Source of the DNA: an uncultured Pelagibacteraceae bacterium
GTDB taxonomy: Bacteria; Pseudomonadota; Alphaproteobacteria; Pelagibacterales; Pelagibacteraceae
NCBI GenBank assembly: GCA_902618565.1
Contig: CACNAX010000002.1
Coordinates: forward strand, 3,980-67,979
Direction of reading: 5' to 3'
Length of the DNA stretch: 64,000 nt
The notes under the pieces: model-generated
The model's input: the letters and a program-made list of their open reading frames with translations, nothing else
What the model was told of the DNA's origin: nothing
Databases searched by the model: none
Shown here: positions 31,054 to 41,896 of the stretch, piece after piece
Position numbering within the stretch: the first letter of the stretch is position 1
Layout: the number at the start of each line of letters is the position of its first letter
Made by a program: the position numbers and the translations under genes

Positions 31054-33621
31054 ATGAATCTAGTAATTGTTGAAAGTCCAGCTAAAGCAAAAACAATTAA
31101 TAAATATTTAGGATCAGATTATACAGTTCTTGCAAGTTATGGGCATATAAGAGATCTGCCTTCGAAAAATGGTTCTGTTGATCCTGAAAATGATTTTAAA
31201 ATGATTTGGGAAGTAGATAGTTTTTCAAAAAAATATTTAAAAGAAATTACTGATAGCGCTAAAGATTCAAAAAAAATTATTCTAGCTACTGACCCTGACA
31301 GAGAAGGTGAGGCAATCGCTTGGCATGTAAAAGAGTTTCTTGAAGAAAAAAAATTATTAAAAGATAAAGAAGTTGAAAGAGTTGTTTTTAACGAAATAAC
31401 AAAAAAAGCTGTTACAAATGGAATAGACAATCCAAGAAAAATAGAACCTCATTTAGTTGACGCTTATATGGCAAGAAGAGCTCTAGATTATTTAGTAGGT
31501 TTTAATATCTCCCCTATTCTATGGACAAAATTACCAGGTTCAAAATCTGCGGGTCGTGTTCAGTCTGTAGCTCTAAGACTATTAACCGAAAGAGAACATG
31601 AAATAGAAGTTTTTCAACCTAAAGAATTTTGGACTTTAAACATAATTTTTAAGAATAATAAAAAAGAGAAAATAAATACAACTATTTCTCAATTGAATGG
31701 AAATAAAGTTGAAAAATTTTCATTTAAAAACAAACAAGATATTAATGATGCTTTATCTCAAATAAAAAATAAAAAATACAATATAACAGATATAAGCTCA
31801 AAAACTTATAACAGAAATCCGTCAGGACCTTTTACTACATCAACATTACAACAAACAGCATCAAGTAAACTTGGTTTTGGAGCATCAAGAACAATGCAAA
31901 TTGCTCAAAGACTATATCAAGGAATTGATATTGAAGGTGAAACCGTAGGATTAATTACTTATATGAGAACAGATGGAACTAATATTTCAAAAGATGCGGT
32001 AAAATCTTTTAGAGATTTTATAATGCAGAATTATGGTGATAAATATTTACCTGAACAACCTCTAAATTATAGTGGCAAAAAAGCAAAGAACGCTCAAGAA
32101 GCTCACGAAGCGATACGTCCAACAGAAATAATTAGAAAACCAGAAGATATGAAAAAATATTTAAGTACTGATCAATATAAACTTTATAATTTAATATGGT
32201 CTAGATCTTTATCATCACAAATGCAGTCAGCAAAATTTGATAGAAAAACTATTACAATCAATTCTAACGACGATAAAAACATATTCAAAGCTAGTGGTTC
32301 AACATTAAAATTTGATGGTTTCCTTAAACTTTATAAAATCGACGAAAATGATGATGACAATGAAAATACTTTGCCTAATGTTGATAAAGGTGACGTAATG
32401 TTTGAAGATCATATTGATGAACAACATTATACACAACCACCACCTAGATATTCTGAGGCAAGTCTAGTTAAAAAATTAGAGGAGCTAGGAATTGGAAGAC
32501 CATCTACTTATGCAAGTATAATTTCAGTAATAGCAAATAGAGGTTATGCTGATATAAATAATAAACGATTTTTCCCAACCGATAGAGGAAAATTACTTTC
32601 TGCTTTTTTAGAAAAATTATTTACCAAATATGTAGATTATGATTTTACTGCAAAATTAGAGGATCAATTAGATGATATAACATCAGGCAAAGAAAATTGG
32701 ATAAAAGTTTTAGAGAACTTTTGGAAAGATTTTAATTCTAATGTTTCAGGTGTGAAAGAAAAAAGAACCAGAGAAGTATTAGACCTATTAAATGAAAGTC
32801 TTGGATCGCTAATATTTGAGGTCGATAAGGATGGAAATATTGATAGAAAATGCAAACTATGTGAAACAGGCCAACTAAGTTTAAAAAATAGTTTTAGAGG
32901 AGGTGCTTTTATTGGGTGTTCAAATTATCCAGAATGTAAATTTACAAGACCACTATCAAAATCTAAAGCAGCACAACAATTGACACTGGCAGAACCTAAA
33001 TTCATTGGAAAAAATGATAAAGGTAAAGATATTTTTCTTAAAAATGGAAGATTTGGTCCATATTTGCAATTTGAAAAAGAATTTATAGAGGAAGATGAAA
33101 AAACAAAAAAGAAAAAAAGAAAATTAAAAAAAGAAGAAAATAATTTAAAAAATATTTCTATCCCTAAAGGAATTGAGATTGAAAATATTGATTTAGAAAA
33201 GGCAAAATACTTATGCTCATTACCATTAAGTTTAGGTAAAAATCCTGAAAATGATAAGGATATTACTGTGAATGTTGGAAGATTTGGTCCTTACCTTAAA
33301 TGTGAAAATAAATCTGCTAGACTAGAAAATGTGGATGAATTATTCACAATTGGATTAAATAGAGCTGTTACATTAATTGCTGAAGCTAAACCAGGAAGAA
33401 TTTCATCATCTATAATAAAAGATTTAGGAGAACACCCTGAAGACAAGAAACCTGTAAGAGTCATGAAAGGTCAATACGGTCCTTATATAAAATACAAATC
33501 GTTAAATGCAACTATACCCGAAGAGAAGGATCCTGTTGAATTAACTATGGAAGAAGCATTAATTTTAATTGAGAAAAGAAAAGAATACGATAGAAATAAA
33601 AAAAAAAAGAAAAGTAAATAA
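31054..33621 (+). CDS. topA: DNA topoisomerase I
   Basis: IVESPAKAKTI, ATDPDREGEAI, SAGRVQS, LITYMRTD (catalytic Tyr), AHEAIRPT, one C4 Zn finger, GRFGPY C-terminal repeats. Confidence 0.98.
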   Translation: MNLVIVESPAKAKTINKYLGSDYTVLASYGHIRDLPSKNGSVDPENDFKMIWEVDSFSKKYLKEITDSAKDSKKIILATDPDREGEAIAWHVKEFLEEKKLLKDKEVERVVFNEITKKAVTNGIDNPRKIEPHLVDAYMARRALDYLVGFNISPILWTKLPGSKSAGRVQSVALRLLTEREHEIEVFQPKEFWTLNIIFKNNKKEKINTTISQLNGNKVEKFSFKNKQDINDALSQIKNKKYNITDISSKTYNRNPSGPFTTSTLQQTASSKLGFGASRTMQIAQRLYQGIDIEGETVGLITYMRTDGTNISKDAVKSFRDFIMQNYGDKYLPEQPLNYSGKKAKNAQEAHEAIRPTEIIRKPEDMKKYLSTDQYKLYNLIWSRSLSSQMQSAKFDRKTITINSNDDKNIFKASGSTLKFDGFLKLYKIDENDDDNENTLPNVDKGDVMFEDHIDEQHYTQPPPRYSEASLVKKLEELGIGRPSTYASIISVIANRGYADINNKRFFPTDRGKLLSAFLEKLFTKYVDYDFTAKLEDQLDDITSGKENWIKVLENFWKDFNSNVSGVKEKRTREVLDLLNESLGSLIFEVDKDGNIDRKCKLCETGQLSLKNSFRGGAFIGCSNYPECKFTRPLSKSKAAQQLTLAEPKFIGKNDKGKDIFLKNGRFGPYLQFEKEFIEEDEKTKKKKRKLKKEENNLKNISIPKGIEIENIDLEKAKYLCSLPLSLGKNPENDKDITVNVGRFGPYLKCENKSARLENVDELFTIGLNRAVTLIAEAKPGRISSSIIKDLGEHPEDKKPVRVMKGQYGPYIKYKSLNATIPEEKDPVELTMEEALILIEKRKEYDRNKKKKKSK

Positions 33622-34082
33622 TGTCCGCAGATGAAAATTTAAAGAATCTAGATATCAAACTACCAGAAGCAAGTGACCCTGTTGGATCATATGCTGCTAC
33701 GAGAATGTCTGGAAATTTACTATATATATCTGGTCAAATATCTATTGATGAGAGTGGAAATTTAATTAAGGGAAAGCTTGGAAAAGATTATAATACTGAA
33801 CAAGGTTATGAAGCGGCAAAAAGATGTGCACTAAGTATAATTTCGCAAGCAAAAAAAGCATGTGGTGGTGATTTATCTAAAATCAAATCATGTTTAAAAC
33901 TTACTGGTTATGTTAATTCAACAAATGATTTTACTGAACAACCAAAAGTAATAAATGGAGCTTCAGATTTAATAAAAAGTGTATTTGGTGAATCTGGTTC
34001 GCATTCTAGAGCTGCTATTAGTACAAATAGTCTTCCTTTAGGAGTTGCTGTTGAAGTAGATGCTATATTTGATCTACAATAA
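33621..34082 (+). CDS. Rid (YjgF/YER057c/UK114) family protein
   Basis: LYISGQ, KVINGASDL..VFG, HSRAA, LPLGVAVEVD. Confidence 0.9.
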   Translation: MSADENLKNLDIKLPEASDPVGSYAATRMSGNLLYISGQISIDESGNLIKGKLGKDYNTEQGYEAAKRCALSIISQAKKACGGDLSKIKSCLKLTGYVNSTNDFTEQPKVINGASDLIKSVFGESGSHSRAAISTNSLPLGVAVEVDAIFDLQ

Positions 34083-35375
34083 TTATCTTCCAACTCCAAA
34101 ATATTTTATTTTAGATTTAAGCATTTCACTTGGAGAGTAAAGATTTCTCATATCAAATACTTTTAAATTTTTATTTTTATTAATTTTTTTAAAATTAAGT
34201 TGTTTAAATTCATTCCATTCAGTGTGAATTATTATTAATTCTGAATTTTTACATGCATCATGAATATTTGAGTTACACATAATTTTTTTTGAAATAAATT
34301 CTTTTTTTGAACCGGTTGGCTCATAATAATTTATGATGGCTCCTTTTTTGAGCAGTTTTGGAATTAACTTTAATGCAGGTGACTCTCTCATATCATCTGT
34401 ACCTGCCTTGAAGGTAACGCCAAGAAATGTAATTTTTCTATTTTTAAATTTATTTTTTAAAATTTTTGAAATTCTATTTATAAGTAATTTATATCTGTTA
34501 TCATTAGATTGAATAACTGTTTTTACTATTGATAAATTAGTATTAAATTTATTTGAAGTAGATATCAGAGCCCTAGTATCTTTTGGAAAACAAGAACCAC
34601 CAAAACCTGGGCCAGGTCTTAAAAATCTACTTCCAATTCTTTCATCTAAACCCATTCCAGTTGCAACATCATGAACATCTATATTTAATTTTTCACATAT
34701 ATTTGCCATTTCATTTATATAAGTAATTTTAGTAGCTAAATAAGCATTAGAAGCATATTTTATCAATTCAGCAGACCTTCTTGAGGTATTAATGTATCTA
34801 CTACCTTTTTTAATTAATGGAAGATAAAGATTTTTCATTATCTTATTTGCTTTATGGCTATTAGTTCCAATTACTATTCTATCTGGATATTGGAAGTCTC
34901 TTATGGCTTCTCCTTCTCTTAAAAATTCTGGATTTGAAACAACATCAAATTTATTTTTATTATATTTTGTGTTTAAAATTTTTTCTATTTTATCACCAGT
35001 TGTAACTGGAACTGTAGATTTAGTTACTATAATTTTATATTTGTTGAGATTGGATTTAATTTTTTTTACCACATTGTAAACATATTTTAGATCAGCATTA
35101 TTATTTTTTTTTGTTGGTGTTCCCACACATATAAAAATGATATCTGATCTTTTGATTGAATTGGAAACATCATTAGAGAAGAAAAGTCTCTTTTGTTTTA
35201 AATTTCTAATAACTAGTTCCTGTAAACCTAATTCAAAAATTGGAACAATTCCTTTATTCAAATTACTAATTATGTCTTTATTTATATCAACACAAGTAAC
35301 TGTATTACCTAAATCTGAAAAACAAGCTCCACTAACCAGCCCAACGTAGCCTGATCCTATCATGCAAATTTTCAT
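34083..35375 (-). CDS. ugd: UDP-glucose 6-dehydrogenase
   Basis: GSGYVG, ICVGTP, KSTVPV, SNPEFLREG, GGSCFPKD (catalytic Cys), DDMRESP. Confidence 0.93.
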   Translation of the reverse strand: MKICMIGSGYVGLVSGACFSDLGNTVTCVDINKDIISNLNKGIVPIFELGLQELVIRNLKQKRLFFSNDVSNSIKRSDIIFICVGTPTKKNNNADLKYVYNVVKKIKSNLNKYKIIVTKSTVPVTTGDKIEKILNTKYNKNKFDVVSNPEFLREGEAIRDFQYPDRIVIGTNSHKANKIMKNLYLPLIKKGSRYINTSRRSAELIKYASNAYLATKITYINEMANICEKLNIDVHDVATGMGLDERIGSRFLRPGPGFGGSCFPKDTRALISTSNKFNTNLSIVKTVIQSNDNRYKLLINRISKILKNKFKNRKITFLGVTFKAGTDDMRESPALKLIPKLLKKGAIINYYEPTGSKKEFISKKIMCNSNIHDACKNSELIIIHTEWNEFKQLNFKKINKNKNLKVFDMRNLYSPSEMLKSKIKYFGVGR

Positions 35376-36187
35376 AATTTAGAAATCTCAAGTGCTGAAT
35401 TTATATAACCGTGCATAGATCCACAATCTAAATATTTACCTTTGAATTTATGACCAATAAACAAATTTTCATCTAATATCATTTGTTTTATTGAGTCTGT
35501 AATATGTATTTCACCACCTTTTCCTTTTTTTTGATTTTTTAAATAATTAAAAATTTTTTTTGACAATATATATCTTCCTATGACAGCATTATTTGAGGGA
35601 GCATCTTTGGTATTGGGTTTTTCAGTTACATCTGCAATTTTAAAATTTAATTTATCTAAGTTTTTGGTTATTGAATATATACCCCAACGATCTACATTAT
35701 TTTTTTTAACTTTCATACTGGCCATTACAGAACATTTATATTTTTTGTGAATTTTTATCATATCTTTTGAGCAATTCTTTTTCATAATTAAATCATCTGG
35801 TAACAGCATTAAAAAATAATTATTTTTTATAAATTTTTTAGTTTTAAGTAGAGCATCTCCAGTTCCCAGCGGTTTATTTTGATAAACAAATTTAATTTTT
35901 TTTTTAAAAAAAAGAATTTTTTTATATTCTTTAATTATTCTGGGATCACTCTTTTTTTTTATGATTGATTTGTAAAAATTATCATTATTAAAATATTTCT
36001 TTATTATCTCTTTTTTTTTAGAAATAATAAAAATTATTTCATTTACTCCAGCTTCAATACATTCATCTAAAATATACTCAATTCCTGGTTTTCCATTTAT
36101 TGGAAGCAATTCTTTAGGAAAAACACTTGTCAAGGGTAGCAAACGTGTACCCAAACCAGCAAGAGGAATTATAGCTTGTTTAATCAT
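35372..36187 (-). CDS. galU: UTP-glucose-1-phosphate uridylyltransferase
   Basis: IPLAGLGTRLLPLT, PKELLPI, QxKPLGTG, LPDD, EKP...APSN.AVIGRY, DCGS. Confidence 0.88.
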   Translation of the reverse strand: MIKQAIIPLAGLGTRLLPLTSVFPKELLPINGKPGIEYILDECIEAGVNEIIFIISKKKEIIKKYFNNDNFYKSIIKKKSDPRIIKEYKKILFFKKKIKFVYQNKPLGTGDALLKTKKFIKNNYFLMLLPDDLIMKKNCSKDMIKIHKKYKCSVMASMKVKKNNVDRWGIYSITKNLDKLNFKIADVTEKPNTKDAPSNNAVIGRYILSKKIFNYLKNQKKGKGGEIHITDSIKQMILDENLFIGHKFKGKYLDCGSMHGYINSALEISKL

Positions 36188-36221
36188 TAAGATGTTTTAC
36201 TTATAATCATATTTATTAAAA

Positions 36222-37025
36222 ATGAAAATTTTAAAAAATGTTTTTGAACTAAATAAGGCAGTAAAAAATTACAAAAATGTCGGATTTGTGCCTACAATGG
36301 GTGGAATTCATAAAGGCCACATATCTTTAATAAAAATTTCACAAAAAAATAACAAAGAAACAATAGTTAGTATTTTTGTCAATCCAACACAATTTAATAA
36401 AAAAAAAGATTTTAAGAATTATCCTAGGAATATAGGAAAAGATATTTCAATATTAAAAAAACTCAAAGTTAATTATTTGTTTTTACCTGAAGTCAATGAA
36501 ATATATAAAAATAAAATAAAAAATTTTAAACTTAATAGATCTGATAAAATTTTGTGTGCTAAATATAGAATAGGCCATTTTGAGGGTGTATTAAAAGTGA
36601 TGAATAAATTGTTATCTATTGTTAAATCTAAGTATGTTTATATGGGTGAAAAAGATTTTCAACAATACATGTTAATTAAAAGAATATTAGGTAAAAAATA
36701 TAAAATAAATATTGTTGGTTGTCCTACTATTCGAGAAAATAATAAAATTGCTTTATCTACAAGAAACAAATTGTTAAATAAATCATCTATAAAAAAAGCA
36801 TCGAAAATAGCCCTTAAATTGGATAAGATTAAAAGACTCTCACAAACTAATAAATTTGTGGATTTGTCAAAATCCAAATATGAGCTTGAAAATAAATTTA
36901 AAATTAAAATTGATTATCTTGAATTTAGAGATGAGAAAAAAATGAAATTAGATAATTTTAAATCAAAATATAGACTATTTATTGCCTATCATATTAATGG
37001 AGTAAGATTGATTGATAACTTTTGA
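36222..37025 (+). CDS. panC: pantoate-beta-alanine ligase
   Basis: FVPTMGGIHKGH, SIFVNPTQF, GHFEGV, GEKDFQQ, ALSTRN, RLIDN. Confidence 0.95.
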   Translation: MKILKNVFELNKAVKNYKNVGFVPTMGGIHKGHISLIKISQKNNKETIVSIFVNPTQFNKKKDFKNYPRNIGKDISILKKLKVNYLFLPEVNEIYKNKIKNFKLNRSDKILCAKYRIGHFEGVLKVMNKLLSIVKSKYVYMGEKDFQQYMLIKRILGKKYKINIVGCPTIRENNKIALSTRNKLLNKSSIKKASKIALKLDKIKRLSQTNKFVDLSKSKYELENKFKIKIDYLEFRDEKKMKLDNFKSKYRLFIAYHINGVRLIDNF

Positions 37026-38399
37026 TTATAAAAAATAAGCTCCCACACCTAAGAAAGATACAAATCCAATTACATCTGTTATTGTTGTAACAAAAACACT
37101 AGAGGAAATTGCAGGATCAATTTTCATTTTATTTAATGTTACAGGCACTAATATACCAAAAAGACCTGCAACTATCATAGTTAAAACCATTGAAATTGAG
37201 ATTATTAGGGAGAGCTGAATATCATTAAACCATAGTTGAACTATCAAAGAACTTATAATTGCAAAAATAACTCCATTTAAAACTCCAATATTAAATTCTT
37301 TAATAATATTATTCGTAAAATTATTTTTTGTTAAATCCTGTGTTGCTAAAGATCTCACTGTGACAGCTAATGTTTGCATGCCAGCGTTACCACCCATAGA
37401 TGCTACGATTGGCATTAAAAAAGCCAATACTACCATTTGCTCTATAGTAGCACCGAATAGACTAATGCAATAAGTTGCAAGAAAAGCAGTAAACAAGTTT
37501 AATAACAACCAATTAAATCTTCTCTTAGTTTTTGTTATTACTCCATCAGTTATTTCTTCATCACCTACTCCAGCTAATCTAAGTACGTCCTCTTCAGCTT
37601 CCTCTTTTAATACTGTTAAAACATCATCATAAGCTATCATCCCAACTAGTTTATTAGACTTATCTACTACAGCTGCTGAACTCAAATTATAATTTTCAAA
37701 CAAATTACCGACTTCCTCTCTATCCATATCAACTGGTATTAAAGTTTGAGACTCGGCCATTATAGACATCATTTTTGTGTCTCTTGGAGTTCTTAACACT
37801 CTTGATGAAGGAACTGTACCGATAGGTTTGAATTCTTGATCAACTATAAATATTTCTAAAAATTCTTCTGGAAGTTCTTTATTTTCTCTTAGATAGTCTA
37901 TCGTTTGTCCTACAGACCAATTACTTGGTATAGCTGTAAATTCACGCTGCATTAATCTAGCAGCAGAATCTTCTGGGTAACTTAAACTCTCAAGTAAAGC
38001 AAATCGGTCTTTTGGTGGTAATGAGCTAAGAATTATATTTTTGTCTTTTTCATCTACATTTTCTAAAATCTTAATAGCATCATCTGACTCTAAATTTTTT
38101 AGTATGTTTACTATTGAGTCAGATGATAAATAAGCGATCATTTCAGACTGAATTGACTCATTTAATTCAACAAAAACCTCAGGATCAACTTTGAAACTAT
38201 TTAATTTTATTAAATTTTCTCTATCATTTTGACTTAAATGTTCAATTATGTCAGCAGCATCTGCTGGATGCATAGCATTAAACGAATTTGTTATAAATCC
38301 AGCATCATTTAAGGCAATTTTATCTGTGACAACTTTGATGAATTCTTTGTTAAATTCAAAATTAACTTTTTTATCTTTTATTTTTTTCACTATAGTCAT
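37026..38399 (-). CDS. mgtE: magnesium transporter MgtE
   Basis: HPADAAD, YPEDSAARLM, CBS pair, MGGNAGMQT, DPAISS.VFVTTITD. Confidence 0.96.
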   Translation of the reverse strand: MTIVKKIKDKKVNFEFNKEFIKVVTDKIALNDAGFITNSFNAMHPADAADIIEHLSQNDRENLIKLNSFKVDPEVFVELNESIQSEMIAYLSSDSIVNILKNLESDDAIKILENVDEKDKNIILSSLPPKDRFALLESLSYPEDSAARLMQREFTAIPSNWSVGQTIDYLRENKELPEEFLEIFIVDQEFKPIGTVPSSRVLRTPRDTKMMSIMAESQTLIPVDMDREEVGNLFENYNLSSAAVVDKSNKLVGMIAYDDVLTVLKEEAEEDVLRLAGVGDEEITDGVITKTKRRFNWLLLNLFTAFLATYCISLFGATIEQMVVLAFLMPIVASMGGNAGMQTLAVTVRSLATQDLTKNNFTNNIIKEFNIGVLNGVIFAIISSLIVQLWFNDIQLSLIISISMVLTMIVAGLFGILVPVTLNKMKIDPAISSSVFVTTITDVIGFVSFLGVGAYFL

Positions 38400-38460
38400 A
38401 AAATTTACCTATAATTTAGTTGGCACTATTAATACAAATAAAAAATAATACAAATTTATA

Positions 38461-39084
38461 ATGACAATAGAGATCAAAAAGTCAGAAAAACCAATAAAAT
38501 ATATATCCGCGATTGATATACTTGAAGATAGATTAGAACAAATCAAAGTAAATAAAAAAAAGGAACTTATTTGGATACTTGAACATGAAGAGATTTATAC
38601 AGGTGGAACAAGTTTTAGTAATAATGAAATTTTAGATAAATCTATAAATTTTATTAAAACTAATAGAGGTGGAAAAATAACATATCATGGTCCTGGTCAA
38701 TTAATTTTTTATTTTGTCATCGACTTAAATAAAAGAGGTAAAAATATAAAAAAAATAATTACTGCAATCGAAAAGACAATTATAGATACTTTAAAGATTT
38801 ACAATATAAAGTGTTTTGCTGATAGAAAAAATATTGGAGTTTGGTATGAGCACAAATCTGGTAAAATAGATAAAATTGCAGCAATAGGAATAAAAGTAAA
38901 GAAATGGATTGCTTATCACGGATTTGCACTAAATATATCTAATGATCTTAATGCATATGAAAAGATAGTTCCATGTGGAGTCAGAGATAGAGGAGTTTCA
39001 AATTTAAACAAGATTAAAAAACAAAATTATAGGAATATTGAGAACGATTTAATAAAAAATTTTCTATCTAATATTAAAAATTAA
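38461..39084 (+). CDS. lipB: octanoyltransferase LipB
   Basis: [36 protein letters not shown]. Confidence 0.96.
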   Translation: MTIEIKKSEKPIKYISAIDILEDRLEQIKVNKKKELIWILEHEEIYTGGTSFSNNEILDKSINFIKTNRGGKITYHGPGQLIFYFVIDLNKRGKNIKKIITAIEKTIIDTLKIYNIKCFADRKNIGVWYEHKSGKIDKIAAIGIKVKKWIAYHGFALNISNDLNAYEKIVPCGVRDRGVSNLNKIKKQNYRNIENDLIKNFLSNIKN

Positions 39085-39982
39085 GTCTTTTTGTTTTTAA
39101 CATATTTCTAAAATAATCTGGTGGAGTGGCTCTAAAAGTATATTTTTTTTCATTAATTTTAAATTTTATTTCATAAGAATGTAACATTAAATTTTTATTA
39201 TTTACTTTTGAATTATTTGTTGAATTATATTTTTTATCACCAATAATTGAATTTCCTAGATCAAATAATTGTTTTCTTAGTTGGTGTTTTCTTCCTGTTA
39301 TTGGATTTAGTTGAATGAAGGTTGCATTATTATTTTTATCTAAAATTTCATATTTTGTTTCAGCTTTTTCAACAATTTTTTTTTTATTTTCAAATCTAAT
39401 TAAATCATCCTTTAAAATGCCTTTATCGTTTAAAACTAATTCACCATTACATATTGCTAAATAAGTTTTATAAACCTTTCTTAATCTAAAAAGTGAAGTG
39501 AGTAGTTGGGCTGTTTCTCTATTTTTTGCAATTATAAAAACACCAGATGTATCCTTATCTAATCTGTGAACAGAATAAGGTTTCTCATCTTTAAATAAAT
39601 TACTTTTTGCAAATATATCAATTATATTCTTTTTAGATTTTGTACCACCCTGCACTGAAATTCCTGCTTGTTTATTTAGAACAACAAAATTGTCATTATT
39701 TTCAATAATTAAATCTTCATTTTCTTTAATAATTTCATTGCTTGGATTAAATTTTTCTTTATTTTGTTTTATAATTTTTTTAAATTCAAAATTATATAAT
39801 TCAATTTTATCTTTAAATTGAATTTTTTTTGAGCTTTTAATTTTTTTTTTATTTAACTTAATTCTCCCGTTTCTTAAGTTTTTTTCAATTAGACTTTGTG
39901 GAATCTGACCAAAGTGATTTCTTAAAAATCTATCAATACGCATACCATTGAACGTCTTATCAACGTTTAGTAGCTTTTTCAT
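39074..39982 (-). CDS. rluC: RluA-family pseudouridine synthase with S4 domain (RluC-like)
   Basis: RIDRFL S4 domain, [21 protein letters not shown] (catalytic Asp), [15 protein letters not shown]. Confidence 0.85.
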   Translation of the reverse strand: MKKLLNVDKTFNGMRIDRFLRNHFGQIPQSLIEKNLRNGRIKLNKKKIKSSKKIQFKDKIELYNFEFKKIIKQNKEKFNPSNEIIKENEDLIIENNDNFVVLNKQAGISVQGGTKSKKNIIDIFAKSNLFKDEKPYSVHRLDKDTSGVFIIAKNRETAQLLTSLFRLRKVYKTYLAICNGELVLNDKGILKDDLIRFENKKKIVEKAETKYEILDKNNNATFIQLNPITGRKHQLRKQLFDLGNSIIGDKKYNSTNNSKVNNKNLMLHSYEIKFKINEKKYTFRATPPDYFRNMLKTKRLNF

Positions 39983-39990
39983 TTATTTAA

Positions 39991-40431
39991 TTAAGCTGTT
40001 ACTTCTTTAGGGGCTTCTTTTTTTTGATCTTTAGCTGGATCTTTCTTTTTTTTATCTACTCTTTTTGCCTCAATATCCCTGTCAACAAACTCGATTACTG
40101 CCATTGGAGCATTATCACCATATCTAAATCCAGCCTTGATAATTCTTGTATATCCGCCTTTTCTACTTTCGTATCTTTTAGAAAGGGTTTTTTTAACTTT
40201 ATTTGTGGATTTAATGTCTTGTAACTTTGAGATTAAAGTTTTTGTATTAGACAATGTATCTTTCTTGCCTAATGTTATGATTTTGTCTGCTTGAGGCTTT
40301 AATGCTTTTGCTTTGGGCAAAGTTGTTGTTATTTGCTCATATTTTATTAATGAGTTAAGCATATTTTTAATAAGAGCTTTTCTATGTTCTGAGGTTCTAT
40401 TGAGCTTTTTATAGCCCATTTTGTGTCTCAT
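39991..40431 (-). CDS. rplQ: 50S ribosomal protein L17
   Basis: MRH...LNRTSEHRKA, GGYTRI, GDNAPMA. Confidence 0.98.
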   Translation of the reverse strand: MRHKMGYKKLNRTSEHRKALIKNMLNSLIKYEQITTTLPKAKALKPQADKIITLGKKDTLSNTKTLISKLQDIKSTNKVKKTLSKRYESRKGGYTRIIKAGFRYGDNAPMAVIEFVDRDIEAKRVDKKKKDPAKDQKKEAPKEVTA

Positions 40432-41459
40432 TATATGGCTTCCTCTAGTTTCTTAGATAGTTCTGCAATATTATCTGGTGGCCAGTTTGGAATTTCCATT
40501 CCTAGATATAATGACATTCCAGTTAATACTTCTTTGATTTCATTTAATGATTTTCTTCCAAAATTAGGTGTTCTTAGCATTTCACCCTCAGATTTTTGTA
40601 CTAAATCACCTATGTAAATAATATTATCATTCTTTAAGCAATTCATAGATCTTACAGAAAGTTCTAATTCATCTACTTTTCTTAATAAATTTTTATTGAA
40701 TTCTGGTTCTGACGGTTGTTCTTTAACAATTACTTCTTGTGGTTCATCAAAATTGACAAACATGCCCAACTGATCCTGAAATATTCTTGCTGAATAAGCT
40801 ACAGCATCTTCTGCTGATATTGATCCATTTGTTTCTACTTCCATTGTCAATTTATCGTAATCTAAAGCCTTTCCCTCTCTAGCAGTACTAACAGAGTAAG
40901 ATACTTTTTTTACAGGACTAAACAATGAATCTATGGGTATTAAACCTAGAGGAGGCTCCTCTGGCTTATTCATATCAGCTGAAACATATCCTTTTCCAGT
41001 GCCAACTGACATTTCCATATGAAACTTGGTATTCTCATCCAAGTTGCAAATAACTAAATCTGGATTTAATATCTCAATATCAGTAACTTGAGTTATATCT
41101 GATGCTTTTATTTCTCCTGGGCCTTTTGCATCAAGTATTAACTTTTTTGGCTCATCAGATGAGCTTTTAAGAGCTAAAGATTTTACGTTTAAAACTATAT
41201 CAGTGACGTCTTCCCTAACACCTTTAATTGATGTAAATTCATGTAATACACCATCTATTTGGATTGATGTTACAGCAGTACCTCTAATTGAGGATAAGAG
41301 AATTCTTCTGAGTGAATTACCAAGAGTTAATCCATATCCTTTTTCTAGTGGTTCAGCTGTGATTTTTGCAAATGATTTATCATCACTTAATTGAACGTCT
41401 AGTTTTGCCGGTTTAATTAATGATTTCCAATTTTTTGAATTTACTTCTGTTTGCTCCAT
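40431..41459 (-). CDS. rpoA: RNA polymerase alpha subunit
   Basis: [43 protein letters not shown]. Confidence 0.98.
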   Translation of the reverse strand: MEQTEVNSKNWKSLIKPAKLDVQLSDDKSFAKITAEPLEKGYGLTLGNSLRRILLSSIRGTAVTSIQIDGVLHEFTSIKGVREDVTDIVLNVKSLALKSSSDEPKKLILDAKGPGEIKASDITQVTDIEILNPDLVICNLDENTKFHMEMSVGTGKGYVSADMNKPEEPPLGLIPIDSLFSPVKKVSYSVSTAREGKALDYDKLTMEVETNGSISAEDAVAYSARIFQDQLGMFVNFDEPQEVIVKEQPSEPEFNKNLLRKVDELELSVRSMNCLKNDNIIYIGDLVQKSEGEMLRTPNFGRKSLNEIKEVLTGMSLYLGMEIPNWPPDNIAELSKKLEEAI

Positions 41460-41896
41460 TAAACTCTCCTTTTTTTAGGTGGTCTCGTACCATTGTGTGG
41501 CATAGGTGTTGTGTCTTTAATTGATATAATTTTAAATCCTCTAGCTTGCAAAGCTCTCAAAGCAGTTTCTCTTCCAGATCCTGGTCCTTTAACTTCAACT
41601 GATAAAATTTTCATTCCAACCTCTAAAGCTTTAGCAGCTGCAGCATCAGCAGCAACTTGTGCTGCATATGGTGTAGACTTACGTGAACCTTTAAATCCTT
41701 TTTGGCCGGCTGATGCCCAAGAAACAACATTGCCACTTGTGTCAGCAATTGAAACAATAGTGTTATTAAAAGTAGATTGGACATAAGCAATTCCATTCAA
41801 AATATTCTTTTTTCCTTTTTTCTTTTTGGAATAAGAACTTTTTTTAGATTTAACCTCTTTATTCTGTTCTTTGTTTTCGGTAACTTCTTTTTTCAT
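41459..41896 (-). CDS. rpsK: 30S ribosomal protein S11
   Basis: [27 protein letters not shown]. Confidence 0.98.
   Translation of the reverse strand: MKKEVTENKEQNKEVKSKKSSYSKKKKGKKNILNGIAYVQSTFNNTIVSIADTSGNVVSWASAGQKGFKGSRKSTPYAAQVAADAAAAKALEVGMKILSVEVKGPGSGRETALRALQARGFKIISIKDTTPMPHNGTRPPKKRRV

Noticed and set aside
35890-35920. Long T and A homopolymer runs here and elsewhere (e.g. 7850-7860, 22236-22252, 33597-33608) as phase-variation or frameshift sites
   Set aside because: Reading frames are intact; such runs are expected from Lys/Phe codons in an AT-rich genome
34083-36187. galU-ugd as the edge of a hypervariable polysaccharide island
   Set aside because: Only two nucleotide-sugar genes flanked by core genes; no glycosyltransferases or mobility signs
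38420-38436. TGGCAC resembling a sigma54 -24 box
   Set aside because: The required TTGC at -12 is absent
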